From contig CAWBNQ010000001.1 of the NCBI GenBank assembly GCA_963790205.1, forward strand, positions 544,001 through 608,000: 64,000 bases of DNA, written 5' to 3'. Numbering within the stretch: position 1 is the stretch's first letter; each line of letters opens with the position of its first letter. The translations under genes and the position numbers were made by a program. Below the pieces are notes generated by a model, which was given only the letters and a program-made list of their open reading frames with translations, searched no databases and was not told where the DNA came from. This document shows, in pieces, positions 44,870-56,435 of this stretch. The DNA is from Nitrospirota bacterium (lineage in GTDB: Bacteria > Nitrospirota > UBA9217).

Positions 44870-44932
44870 TACATTTCAATAACTGTTTAAACGTTTGAAC
44901 GGTTCAAGCTGTTTAAACCGCATTCATCAAAC

Positions 44933-45020
44933 GGAGAGGTGGCCGAGCGGCTGAAGGCGCACGCTTGGAAAGCGTGTTTAGGGAAACCTAACGTGGGTTC
45001 GAACCCCACCCTCTCCGCCA
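44933..45020 (+). tRNA. tRNA-Ser(GGA)
   Basis: Anticodon loop TTGGAAA; long variable arm; CCA. Confidence 0.95.
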
Positions 45021-45085
45021 TATTCGTAATAACCGCTTAAGCAGTTTGAACGGTTTAAGCGGTTTAAACGGTCAGTGAATAACGC

Positions 45086-45198
45086 GCTCATGAGCCCGGG
45101 TCCTGCGCAATCACGGTCCCGTGAACCCCGTCAGGTCCGGAAGGAAGCAGCGGTAAACGGGTTCCGGGTGTGCCGCAGGGAAGCCCGGGTTTATGAGC
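45086..45198 (+). ncRNA. ffs: signal recognition particle small (4.5S-type) RNA
   Basis: Core TCAGGTCCGGAAGGAAGCAGC inside a long hairpin GCTCATGAGCCCGGG...CCCGGGTTTATGAGC; upstream of dnaX. Confidence 0.93.
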
Positions 45199-45407
45199 TT
45201 TTTATTTTTTAACGACAACAACCCCAAATATCACAAAGAACAAGTCTATGGAACGCAGATGAGCACGGTAAAAAAAGGAAGCCCCACAAGTTTTGCAGCG
45301 CACGTTTCTACCAATCGGGAGAGGCGCTTACTCCCTATAAGTTTTTTTGGCTCTAAACCGTGTTTATTCGCGGTTAACAAGCCTCTCCGAGTTGTCGCGA
45401 GGTTGCT

Positions 45408-47043
45408 ATGAGTTACCAGGTCCTGGCAAGAAAATGGAGGCCGCAGGTATTCGATGACGTGGTCGGCCAGGGACACATCACGCGTACGCTCCAGAACGCG
45501 ATTGTCTCGGGAAGACTGGCGCATGCCTTCCTGTTCTCCGGACCGCGCGGCGTGGGCAAGACCACGACGGCGCGTATTCTTGCCAAAGCCCTGAACTGCG
45601 TTCAAGGGCCCCACACCGACGCCCTGTGGCAAATGCGATTCGTGCATCGAGACCACGGCCGGCACCTCGGTGGACGTCATCGAGATCGACGGCGCATCGA
45701 ACCGCGGCATCGAGCACATCCGTGAGCTGCGGGAGGCCGTAAAGTACGCTCCTGTTGGCGGCAAGTACAAGGTCTATGTGATCGATGAGGTCCACATGCT
45801 CACGAACGAGGCCTTTAATGCGCTCCTCAAGACCCTCGAAGAGCCGCCGCCGCACGTGATCTTCATCTTCGCTACCACTGAGCCGCAAAAGATTCCTGCC
45901 ACCATTCATTCCCGCTGTCAGCGCTACGGGTTTAAACGTGTTGCACTTCACGAGATTTCCGGCAGGCTCCGCACGATCGCCGACGCCGAGGGCATCAAGA
46001 TCACCGACCAGGGGCTCGGTATGATCGCCCGGGCCGCTGAGGGCAGCATGCGCGACTCGCAGAGTCTTCTGGACCAGGCCGTGTCGTACAGCGGCATGGA
46101 GATCAGCGACGAGGACCTCCAGGCCACCCTCGGTTCCGTGGCCCAGGAAGCGCTTACAAAATTCACCGCCGGCCTGTTGTCCCGCGATACCGCGGGACTG
46201 CTCGGGCAGGTGGACGCCCTGCTCGAGCAGGGACAGGACATGCGCCAGTTCCTCGCGGGCGTCGTGGAGCACCTGCGAAACCTTTTGGTCGTAAAGATTG
46301 TGTCCACCCCCGCGCAGATCATAGAACTCCCTGCTTCGGACATCGAGGCCATCAGGCAGCAGGCCGCAGGCGCGGAGGCCGAGCGCCTTCTCATGCTCTT
46401 CGACAGCCTGTCCAAGACACTCGACGACCTCCGCTGGTCGCCGCACCAGCGCTTTACCTTTGAAGTCGGGCTTATCAAGGCATGCAATCTCGCCCCGCTC
46501 AAGCCTCTTGCCGACGTGCTCGCCCACGTAAAGGAGCTCGAAGCGAGATTTGCAACCGGTCATCTGTCCACGGCTGCGCCGGCAACCGGCATCAGCGAGC
46601 CCCGCGCATCTTATACGACTGCGCCGAAAACGACGGCCCTTTCATCTCAGCCCGTCACAGACGCTGGAGGCGGGGAGCACGGCGACCTCTGGGGCAAGGT
46701 CATGAGCGCTCTCAAGACGAAAAAGCCGGGTCTCGCATCATTTCTCGCGCACAGCAGACTGATGGAACATTCGGACACGAAACTAGTTATCGGCGTTCAG
46801 AGTGGTTTTCGAATAGAACAGGTCGAAAAACCTGAAAATCGCGGTATTATCGAGCAGATTGCCGGCGAGATACTCGGCCGGAACGTGCAGGTCAGGGTCC
46901 GGCCGCTCACAGACGAAGTAATGCCCGCAGCAACGTCAAAAACACCGTTAAAAAAGAAATCCGACGATCAGGATCCCATGGTCCAGGACGCCCTCCGGAT
47001 ATTCGGCGGTGAGGTTATTGAACCGGAGCACGCTGACGAGTGA
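45408..47043 (+). CDS. dnaX: DNA polymerase III gamma/tau (apparent extra base near 45603-45612)
   Basis: [20 protein letters not shown]; the shifted frame gives [13 protein letters not shown]...EIDGASN, IDEVHML, SRCQ. Confidence 0.95.
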
Positions 47044-47198
47044 CAGGGCAGGCGCGCTTGGAGCGCCCGACGACACCATTTAATTTTCTTATATTTTCAT
47101 AAACCCCCGCATTTTTTGTTGCAAAACCATAAAATTTCTTTTATTATAAATATCCTTTATTGTGGAGCAGACTATCACTCGCGTACGCGGGAAACCCT

Positions 47199-47519
47199 AT
47201 GTCAAAAAATATCATCAGTAATCTCATGAAACAGGCCCAGCAGATGCAGGAGCGGGTGAAGAAGCTCCAGGAAGAGGCAGCGGGCAAGACCGTGGAGGCG
47301 TCTTCGGGCGGCGGCATGGTGACGGTCATTGCCAATGGCCGCCAGGAAGTGCTTTCCATCAAGATAGACCCTTCGGTAGTCGACCCGAAGGACATCGAAA
47401 TGCTTCAGGACCTGGTCACGGCGGCGGTGAATGAGGCCCTCCGGAAATCGCAGGACCTCATGAAAGAAGAGATGTCCAGGCTTACCGCCGGCATGGGGCT
47501 GCCCCCGGGATTGCTTTAG
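47199..47519 (+). CDS. ybaB: YbaB/EbfC nucleoid-associated protein
   Basis: MKQAQQMQ..SSGGGMV..EMLQDLVTAAVNEA. Confidence 0.95.
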   Translation: MSKNIISNLMKQAQQMQERVKKLQEEAAGKTVEASSGGGMVTVIANGRQEVLSIKIDPSVVDPKDIEMLQDLVTAAVNEALRKSQDLMKEEMSRLTAGMGLPPGLL

Positions 47520-47657
47520 AAATTGCGGAGTTCAACCTGTACGTGGCGGCATGCGGCATGTCGGAGCCGCGGGCTCGGTGTGGCCAATGTCCATTAACCA
47601 ATGTTTGCGGCTTAACGCAAAAATAGGGAGCGCGGCGGTCAGGACAGGACAGCGGCG

Positions 47658-48329
47658 GTGAAAGAGCACGACGACGAGTCACAGACTCCTGCGCATGCGA
47701 GACGTCAGGTCAAGGCCGGCGCGCGAGCGGCTGAAATCTCAGGCAAGGCCCTGGGCGGGATGATCGAAGCCTTCATGAAACTGCCCGGCATCGGCAAGAA
47801 GAGCGCCGAGCGGCTCGCCTTTGCCGTGCTCGGCATGCCGCGGGAAGAAGCGGCGGGGATCGCCCAGGCAATCCTGGACCTCAAGAACAACAGCCGCTAC
47901 TGCACCGCCTGCAACAACATTACCGAGGACGAGCTGTGCGGCATCTGCCGCGACCTTACGCGGGACAGTTCCCGTATCTGCGTGGTGGAAGAACCGAGCA
48001 ACATTCTTATCCTCGAAAAGACCGGTGTCTTTCGCGGCCGCTACCACGCCCTGCTCGGCGCCATCGCGCCGCTCGACGGCATCGGTCCCGAAGACCTGAA
48101 GATCGACGGTCTCATGGAACGGCTCAGAGCGGGCGGGATCAAAGAAGTCATCATCGCAACGAACCCCACGGTAAAGGGCGAGACCACGGCCCTCTATCTT
48201 TCGAAACTGATCAAGCCCCTGGGTATCAGCGTCAGCCGCATCGCGTACGGCCTCCCGGTGGGAGGGGACATCGAGTACGCGGACGAGAACACGGTACAGC
48301 GGGCGCTCGAAGGCCGGAGAGAAATGTAG
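47658..48329 (+). CDS. recR: recombination mediator RecR (start uncertain; ATG 47760 possible)
   Basis: LPGIGKKSAERLA, C4 zinc finger, ATNPTVKGETTA, YADENT. Confidence 0.95.
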   Translation: MKEHDDESQTPAHARRQVKAGARAAEISGKALGGMIEAFMKLPGIGKKSAERLAFAVLGMPREEAAGIAQAILDLKNNSRYCTACNNITEDELCGICRDLTRDSSRICVVEEPSNILILEKTGVFRGRYHALLGAIAPLDGIGPEDLKIDGLMERLRAGGIKEVIIATNPTVKGETTALYLSKLIKPLGISVSRIAYGLPVGGDIEYADENTVQRALEGRREM

Positions 48330-48425
48330 GCTAATTGCGGAATGCGGAATGCGGAATGCGGAATGAAAACCACTCTTCCGTTCTCGACACTCCACACTCC
48401 GAATTGAAGTCAGGAGGATATTGCT

Positions 48426-49001
48426 ATGGCAGAAACAATTGAGATCAGGTGGCACGGCAGGGGCGGTCAGGGCACCGTGACGGCGGCAAAAGTGCTTGCA
48501 GACGCGTGTCTTTCCGGCGGCCGCAACGTGCAGGCGTTCCCGGAATACGGGCCGGAGCGCGCGGGTGCGCCGCTTCGCGCCTACAACCGGATCAGCGAGA
48601 AGATACTCCGGATGCATTGCCCGGTTCTGAACCCCGGCGTCGTGGCGGTGGTGGACGCAACGCTTCTTGACGCGATCAACGTCGCCGAAGGCGCGAAGGA
48701 CGACGCGGTCTTTGTCATCAACACGAGCAAAGACCCGAAGAATGTGCGGGCGAAGTTGAAGGCAAAGCCCACTCAGAAGGTCTTCACCGTTGATGCTTCG
48801 AAGATCGCGATCGAGACCATCGGCAGGGCCATGCCGAACTCGTGCATGCTCGGTGCGGTAAACCGGGCCACGGCGATCGTGACCATGGAAGTGCTGCTTG
48901 ATGACGTGAAGGGCAGCTTTGGCAAGAAGTTCGCCCAGAAGATCATTGACGGGAATCTCGCCGCGGTGAAGCGCGGGTACGAGGAGGTACGTGAAGGATG
49001 A
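48426..49001 (+). CDS. porC: pyruvate/2-oxoacid:ferredoxin oxidoreductase gamma subunit
   Basis: EIRWHGRGGQG, FPEYGPERAGAP. Confidence 0.92.
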   Translation: MAETIEIRWHGRGGQGTVTAAKVLADACLSGGRNVQAFPEYGPERAGAPLRAYNRISEKILRMHCPVLNPGVVAVVDATLLDAINVAEGAKDDAVFVINTSKDPKNVRAKLKAKPTQKVFTVDASKIAIETIGRAMPNSCMLGAVNRATAIVTMEVLLDDVKGSFGKKFAQKIIDGNLAAVKRGYEEVREG

Positions 49002-49291
49002 AACAGATGAACTGGAAAGAGCTGCCCCATGCCGGAACGATATTGAAGGCCGGAAATGCGAATGAATATAAGACCGGATCGTGGCGTTCGCTCAAGCCGC
49101 GCTGGATCGAGGAAAACTGCATTCAGTGCCTGTTCTGCTGGATTTACTGCCCTGATTCTGCCGTCACGGTGAAGGACGAGAAGATGACGGGCTTCGATTA
49201 CGACCACTGCAAGGGCTGCGGCGTCTGCGCCATGGAGTGCCCGGGCAAAAAGGGCAACAAGGCCATCGTCATGGAAGAGGAGGGCAAATAA
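48998..49291 (+). CDS. porD: pyruvate/2-oxoacid:ferredoxin oxidoreductase delta subunit
   Basis: KTGSWR, CIQCLFCWIYCPD, CKGCGVCAMECP. Confidence 0.92.
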   Translation: MKQMNWKELPHAGTILKAGNANEYKTGSWRSLKPRWIEENCIQCLFCWIYCPDSAVTVKDEKMTGFDYDHCKGCGVCAMECPGKKGNKAIVMEEEGK

Positions 49292-49292
49292 C

Positions 49293-50483
49293 ATGGCAGT
49301 TACGACGACAAAGACCGTGGCGGTTACCGGCAACCAGGCTGTTGCCGAAGCTCTTCGCCAGCTGAATCCAGACGTGATGCCGGCATATCCTATCACGCCG
49401 TCAACAGGCATCATGGAGTCCTTCACCAAGTTCGTGTCCGACGGCAAGGTTGACACCGAGACGATCCTCGTGGAGAGCGAGCATAGCGCCATGAGCGCCT
49501 GCATCGGCGCCTCTGCGGCGGGAGGACGCGTGGCAACGGCCACGAGCGCACAGGGGCTGGCACTCATGTGGGAAATGCTCCATATCGCTTCGGGCTACCG
49601 CCTGCCGATCCTGATGGCCCTCGTGAACCGGGCGCTGTCTGCGCCGCTCAACATTCATGGCGACCATTCGGACGGTATGGGCATGCGCGACTGCGGATGG
49701 ATCCAGCTCTTCTGCGAGAACGCCCAGGAAGCGTACGACAATACCATCATGGCGTACCGCATTGCCGAGCACAAGGACGTGCGGCTGCCGATCGCGGTAA
49801 ACATGGACGGGTTCATCATCAGCCATTCCATCGAGAGCATGCAGTTCATAACCGATGAGGACGTAAAGAAGTTCGTGGGCGAGTACCTTGCGATCGACCC
49901 GCTCCTTGATCTCGACCATCCCAAGAGCATCGGCGCCCTGGTGTTGCCGGACTATTATATGGAACACAAGCGCGCCCAGCATGAGGCCATGCTGAATGCG
50001 AAGAAGGTCATTCAGGACGTGTCCGCTGAATTCGCAAGGCTCTTCGGCCGGAAATACGAATTGTTCGAAACCTACCGTCTCGAAGACGCGGAGGTAGTGC
50101 TCGTGGCGCTTAACTCGGCCGCGGGCACGATCAAGGACGAGGTCGACCGCTACCGCGACAAGGGCGTAAAGGCCGGGCTCTTGAAGCCACGGATGTTCAG
50201 ACCCTTCCCGTACGAGGAAGTCGGCGCCGCGCTCAAGAACGCGAAGGCTGTCTGCGTCATGGACCGCGCGGATTCCTACGGCGGCTACGGCCCGCTCTTC
50301 ATGGAGATCGCATCGGCAGTGTATCCCTACCGGCAGGGGCCGCTGATGTTCAACAAGATCTACGGCCTCGGCGGCAGGGACCTGATGCCGCTGGATGTCG
50401 ACCAGGTGATCGAAGAGACCGCCGAGGTCGCGAAGACCGGCAAGGTCAAGATGCTGAAAGAATATATAACGGTTAGAAATTAA
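49293..50483 (+). CDS. porA: pyruvate/2-oxoacid:ferredoxin oxidoreductase alpha subunit
   Basis: AYPITPST, VESEHSAMS, VNRALSAP, GLGGRD. Confidence 0.93.
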   Translation: MAVTTTKTVAVTGNQAVAEALRQLNPDVMPAYPITPSTGIMESFTKFVSDGKVDTETILVESEHSAMSACIGASAAGGRVATATSAQGLALMWEMLHIASGYRLPILMALVNRALSAPLNIHGDHSDGMGMRDCGWIQLFCENAQEAYDNTIMAYRIAEHKDVRLPIAVNMDGFIISHSIESMQFITDEDVKKFVGEYLAIDPLLDLDHPKSIGALVLPDYYMEHKRAQHEAMLNAKKVIQDVSAEFARLFGRKYELFETYRLEDAEVVLVALNSAAGTIKDEVDRYRDKGVKAGLLKPRMFRPFPYEEVGAALKNAKAVCVMDRADSYGGYGPLFMEIASAVYPYRQGPLMFNKIYGLGGRDLMPLDVDQVIEETAEVAKTGKVKMLKEYITVRN

Positions 50484-50605
50484 GCACGAAATCCGAAATC
50501 CTAAATTCGAAACAATATCGAATGACCAAATCTCAAAATTAGAATTTTGAAATTATTTAGGATTTCGATATTAGAATTTAGAGTTTCTCTCCGGAGGAGA
50601 AGATT

Positions 50606-51559
50606 ATGAGCCCGACACAGGAAAAACCCTTGACCCTGAAATCGCTCACGCACAAGCCGGTCCTGCTGACCGGCGGACACCGGATGTGTTCCGGCTGCGG
50701 CGCTCCGACCATCGTTCGCCAGGTCCTCATGGCCATCGACGAGCCGGTCGTGATCGCGAACGCCACGGGCTGCCTCGAGGTCTCGACCTGCCTGTTCCCG
50801 TACACGGCCTGGAAGGTGCCGTGGATGCACAGCGCCTTCGAGAACGCGGCGGCAACGGCCTCCGGGATCGAGACCATGTACCGTTCGCTCCGGAAACAGG
50901 GAAAGCTCAAGAAGGAGATGAAGTTCATCGCCTTCGGCGGCGACGGCGGCACCTATGACATCGGGTTCCAGGCGCTCTCCGGCGCCATGGAGCGCGGTCA
51001 CCAGCTGCTCTACATCTGCTATGACAACGGCGCGTACATGAACACCGGCATCCAGCGCTCGAGCGCCACGCCTTTCGGCGCGGACACGACCACTCAGCCG
51101 GTCGGCTCCAAGGTGCCGGGCAAAACGCAGCGGCGCAAGGACCTTACCCGCATCATGGCGGCGCACAACGTGGCCTATGCGGCCCAGGCCTCGCCGCACA
51201 ACTGGAAGGACCTCATGACCAAGGTAAAGAAAGCCCTTGCCACGAACGGCCCGGCGTACATGGGCGTTGTCTCCCCCTGCAACCGCGGGTGGCGTTCCCA
51301 GACGAATGACTCGATCCTGCTTTCCAGGCTGGCGGTCGAGACCTGCTATTGGCCGCTCTATGAGGTGCAGGACGGCAAGTGGACGATCAACTACGATCCC
51401 AAGGACAAGAAGAAGCCGGTGGCCGAGTGGCTGAAACCCCAGGGCAGGTTCAAACATCTCTTTGCTCCGGGCAACGAGGCTTTGCTCGCGCGCTTCCAGG
51501 AGCTTGTGGACAAGGATTGGGAAAGCCTCAAGAAGCTCCAGGAGATGTCCAAAAGCTAA
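50606..51559 (+). CDS. porB: pyruvate/2-oxoacid:ferredoxin oxidoreductase beta subunit
   Basis: GHRMCSGCG, ATGC, GGDGGTYDIG, YMNTGIQRS, SPC. Confidence 0.93.
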   Translation: MSPTQEKPLTLKSLTHKPVLLTGGHRMCSGCGAPTIVRQVLMAIDEPVVIANATGCLEVSTCLFPYTAWKVPWMHSAFENAAATASGIETMYRSLRKQGKLKKEMKFIAFGGDGGTYDIGFQALSGAMERGHQLLYICYDNGAYMNTGIQRSSATPFGADTTTQPVGSKVPGKTQRRKDLTRIMAAHNVAYAAQASPHNWKDLMTKVKKALATNGPAYMGVVSPCNRGWRSQTNDSILLSRLAVETCYWPLYEVQDGKWTINYDPKDKKKPVAEWLKPQGRFKHLFAPGNEALLARFQELVDKDWESLKKLQEMSKS

Positions 51560-51585
51560 CAAGCGCGTCTCCATAAATCAGAATA

Positions 51586-51620
51586 AAAATAGCCGGGTGA
51601 AGGTTGCCCGGCTATTTTTC
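51586..51620 (+). terminator. intrinsic terminator after porB
   Basis: AAAAATAGCCGGG-loop-CCCGGCTATTTTT. Confidence 0.75.
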
Positions 51621-51733
51621 TGAAGGCCAACCGGTCAAAAAAACGCTTGAAATCTGGGCGTTACTATGGTTTAATAGCTCCTAATCGCAGTAAGGCCTGC
51701 GGGGCTGCACATCGTGAGCGAGGAGAGATACAC

Positions 51734-52228
51734 ATGCTGGGTTCCGACTTGGTAATGTATGATGAAGAGTTCAAGCTGATAGACGCGGAAATCCAGCGTC
51801 TCCTTGCCCAGGCCAACGCAAAGGTCGTGTTCCTCGTGGATAAGAACGGCCAGCTCATCGCGGCCACCGGCGAGACGGAAAACCTCGACACCACGTCGCT
51901 TGCGTCGCTCACCGCGGGCAACATCGCGGCGACGGGCGGGATGGCAAAACTGCTGGGCGAAAAAGAGTTTTCCATCCTCTTCCACGAAGGCCAGCGGGAC
52001 AACATCCATATCTCCATCATCGGCCAGCGTGTAATCCTGGTAGTGATCTTCGACCAGCGCTCATCGCTCGGGCTCGTCCGGCTGCGGGTCAAGAAGAGCG
52101 CCGATGTGCTCGGCGGCATATTCGACCAACTCCTTCAAAAAGTGGAAACGGAAAAGGGTACGGGCAAAGCCGCCGACTCTCCCTTTGCTGAGATAACCGA
52201 CGAGGATATCGATAAGCTCTTCGGTTAG
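51734..52228 (+). CDS. mglB: roadblock/LC7 GTPase-activating protein MglB
   Basis: LVDKNGQLIA..LDTTSLASLTAGNIAATGG..SSLGLVRLRVKK. Confidence 0.95.
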   Translation: MLGSDLVMYDEEFKLIDAEIQRLLAQANAKVVFLVDKNGQLIAATGETENLDTTSLASLTAGNIAATGGMAKLLGEKEFSILFHEGQRDNIHISIIGQRVILVVIFDQRSSLGLVRLRVKKSADVLGGIFDQLLQKVETEKGTGKAADSPFAEITDEDIDKLFG

Positions 52229-52278
52229 ACCAGCCTCGCTTATTTCCCTGAACACGTAAGAAGAGGAATTACCGACCA

Positions 52279-52875
<597 letters not shown>

Positions 52876-53140
52876 CAGGCGATTGCGGAATGCGGATTTC
52901 ACACTGTACTCGCGCCGGGCACAATACTTAGACCCATTGTCGTACCATCTCGCTGAGAATCGTGAGACGGGAATCAAGGGCCTCATAAGCGCTGGGCGCA
53001 GGTGGAATGCGGAATTAATAAAAGAACGTTGCAGCCGGCTTCCCTCGATGCTTTTCTGTAAATATCCCGTTGACAGTAATCATTATATATGGTATTTATA
53101 CCAGCCTGATTTGATTCTGTCATAACACAAACCAAAACAT

Positions 53141-53216
53141 TCCCGAATAGCTCAGTTGGTAGAGCGGGTGACTGTTAATCACCATGTCGCAGGTTCGAGT
53201 CCTGCTTCGGGAGCCA
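53141..53216 (+). tRNA. tRNA-Asn(GTT)
   Basis: Anticodon loop CTGTTAA; CCA; TTGACA-N17-TATTTA promoter at 53070-53098. Confidence 0.95.
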
Positions 53217-53870
53217 AACAGAACGCAGGGCACTTTTCTCACGAAGAGTGCCCTGTTCTTTTTTGTATGTATCGTTGGTAACTGCAAGTAATTGAAACGG
53301 ATTTCTGAACACGGGATTCAGCCGATCATCGCTCCAGGAAGAGTTCGAGTACACAAAACTCAGAATCTTTCGCTTAGTCGTCACACTTTCCTTTTTATAC
53401 ATATTTGCGGCATTTTGAGCGAGTTCTATGAGCTGTACGCCGTCTTCGATATAGACCCGATTCGCGTTTTGATAGTTTTCGATTTCCCGTAAAATGCCTG
53501 CCTGTTCCCGCCGCCATGCTTCATGCTTACTGTCAAAGAAATCCTGAGATATCTTACCGTCGAGCTTGTCGAGATACATAGCATCGATGCGCTCTTGGAT
53601 TACTCGGCTTTTCTGATGGAGGGAAGCTATTTTCTCCTCATGGTATGTTTTTTCGTCCCGGTGGCTTTGTTTCAAGGCTACCACAACGCAGTCCAGGATT
53701 TCTTGATCCACCTGAATACGCTTTAGAGACTCCACGAACTGCCGATCCACTTCCTCTTCCCGGACATAGGTCGGAGGACACTTACCCTTGTTACCTGTAC
53801 AGTGGTAATAAATATATTTCCCCTTTTTCTTTTCAGCGACCATAGCGCAGCCACAATAGCCACAGACAAG
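53175..53870 (-). pseudogene. C-terminal remnant of a large serine recombinase reading into tRNA-Asn
   Basis: LVCGYCGCAM..YIYYHC..C zinc ribbon, coiled coil, MYLDKLDG; ends WLPKQDSNL inside the tRNA; catalytic domain absent. Confidence 0.8.
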
Positions 53871-55789
53871 TGAAAAACCGACACCGGCTAAATGCTGTGG
53901 TTGTCCGAAGAACGAAAGCTGATGCATGTGAGTCTGATGGCAGTCCGTTGTTTGCTCGCAGGGTTGTGCATACAGAGGCGTTCACACTTTCAGACAAAGA
54001 ACGGGATTTCTACGATAGTCTGCTTGAATACCTCAGGGACGGATACAACCTCGCTGCGAAGCAAGGGAGCACAGGGCGTGCCCTTGGATTCATCATGACA
54101 ATTTTCCAAAAGATTGCAGCTAGTAGTTTCGCCGCAATACGCACGACTTTGCAGAGGCGAATGTTGGCACTAACAATTCAGGAGGCCATTGAACGGGATG
54201 AACTTCTGGATGTCGATGGACGCAATAAGGTTCTTGACCAGGCACGGCAACTCATCCACGAGATGTATTCACTACCGTTTGAACCGGTTGGAAAGGCCCA
54301 GGCAGATCAAATCTTAGCAGATGCCAAGGTTCAAATGCTGAAGAAACAGGCAGAGGTACAAGAATTTGTTAAATCCTCTGATAGATTCTCGGATGCAGAG
54401 AGTATTGCTGCCATGGGGGAAGAATCCGCCGCAATGCTGGCAGTTGCCGCTCTGCCAGAGGAACGCACAAGAATTCGGGAGCTATTGGGGAAATTCCCAC
54501 TAGGAACCGAGACGAAATCGCAAGTCCTGACAAAAGCCCTGAGGCAGATTTGGGATCAGAATTCAAATGAAAAGGTCGTTGTGTTCGCAACGTATCTTGG
54601 AAGCGTGGACGCGATAAAGAAGAGCCTCGATGATGTGTTTCCTGGAAAGGGTGTTGATGTCCTTAAAGGTGGAGATCACGGCGCTAAAACGGCTGCACAG
54701 AAGCGGTTTCGACGTAAGGACGGACCGAACGTGCTGGTCTGTACAGCTGCCGGTCGAGAAGGTATAAATCTTCAGTTTGCTCGTATCCTGTTTAACTACG
54801 ATTTGCCTTGGAATCCGATGGATCTTGAACAGCGTATCGGGCGCATCCATCGTTATGGCCAGCAATCCACAGCGCAGGTCTATAACCTGGTTGCAAAAGA
54901 TACCATTGAAGGACAGATTTTCCTACTTCTTGAGGAAAAGCTCCACGAAATAGCACAGGCCTTGGGTAAAGTAGACGAAAAAGGCCAAATAGCTGAGGAC
55001 CTGCGAGGTCAGGTGCTGGGACAGCTCGGGAGCCAGCTTAGTTATGATCGGCTTTATCAGGATGCATTAGCAGATCCTACTTTGAAACGAACTCGCCAAG
55101 AGTTAGAGGTTGCTCTTTCTAACGCTGACACAGCACGTCAGGTTGTGTTTGAACTTTTCCAGGACATCGACCGCTTCAATATCGGTGACTACAAGAAGCA
55201 TGATGATCAGGGACGCGGAATGCAGCGCTTAATTTCTTTTATGACAAGAGCTGAGAAACTTGCAAACCACGAATTCCGGAAGAAAGACGATACCCTGTGG
55301 GAGATTGGTTCTGATTCACAGCCTGCCACATTATTTACCTCTGATCGAGATCGAGCATTGCAGGATGAGAAATTGGAGCTGCTCGGTCTTGAGCATCCAA
55401 TTGTGCGCGACCGTCTTCGAGCATTCCTCGGCCTCAATGATGTATCAAGATCTCTTATAGGTAAAATGGATAACATCCCGGGCGGGGGATTGCTAACAGT
55501 TTGGAAGATTGTAACCAACTCCGCTGGCGGCAAAACAAGTCAACATATTGTCAGAATCGCTATCACATCATCTGGTGAGCGCGCTCCCTGGTTGGAAAGG
55601 CTTGGTGATCGTCTCATGGCCATGACTCCAACAGCTATTGAGAATATATCGACACTGAATACATCACTACTCCAGAGTAAGGATAAAATACAGGAGCTGT
55701 TACATCGGGAGTTGGTGTACTCGGGCATTATAGCTGAAGGGACGGATTATTCGGCTACCGTACTGGGAGTGTTTGCAATCGAGAAGTAA
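53870..55789 (+). pseudogene. SNF2-like helicase, C-terminal half (5'-truncated)
   Basis: EKVVVFATY, TAAGREGINLQ, NYDLPWNPMDLEQRIGRIHRYGQ; no Walker A or DEAH motif; abuts the recombinase remnant. Confidence 0.8.
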
Positions 55790-55841
55790 GGGCAAATTAA
55801 AGACTTCCGATGCCCCTTTGCACTTTTTATGAATTATGTAA

Positions 55842-56405
55842 ATGATGAGGCCAGCGATGCTAGTTGATGAATTAGTTCAAACAGCTTGTCTTAAGCTAAA
55901 GCAGATGGTGTACCACGATAAAACGGATGTGTTTCTACGAAAGCGTGTTGCCGAGTTTGAATGCTCTACAGATTTTGAGGCTAGGCTGTCTTCTATTTCA
56001 CAAATAATTGTGAGTAAGGAACCTTATAATGACAACCATTTTAAGGCATGGTTAGACAAAATATCATTTCGGATAGTTCCGAAAACTATGCCTAAAATGA
56101 CGCCTGGTAATAGTGGAAATTTCATCACCAACTTGACGAGTGCCAAGCAATATAATCTTGAACGTGTAAATTATTTTTTTGATGGCCCTGTAGAGCTCCA
56201 TGTGCTGGCTGTTCTTTGGATTTTAATTCAGGGGCGAATTCTCGATAGACAACTGAGCAGGGATTGTTATGGCACTCGGATTGCGAGTAGTATTGGCGCA
56301 AAGGGGACCAAATCTCTAAATCTCTTTAAAAAATATCATGAGCTGTATGCGGAATGGCGCGATGCGGGAATTCGCACAGCCAAGACAATACTTACAGAGA
56401 ATAAG
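55842..56405 (+). pseudogene. N-terminus of a probable defence-associated (UG/Abi-like) reverse transcriptase, cut by an IS
   Basis: KLKQMVYHD..FLRKRVAEFE..FDGPVELHVLAVLWI..CYGTRI..LFKKY..Y..WRD resembles RT motifs 0-2; the ORF runs into the IS terminus before any catalytic Asp. Confidence 0.5.
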
Positions 56406-56435
56406 TGTGCACGCTAGCAGTTTATGATAAAAATC

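Noticed and set aside
44595..44879. ORF MAERGGFEPP...
   Set aside because: This is the antisense translation of tRNA-Ser(CGA).
45600..45615. Programmed dnaX frameshift producing gamma/tau
   Set aside because: The known event is downstream of domain III at an A-rich slippery site. This shift is inside the N-terminal zinc module, has no slippery run and would destroy both products.
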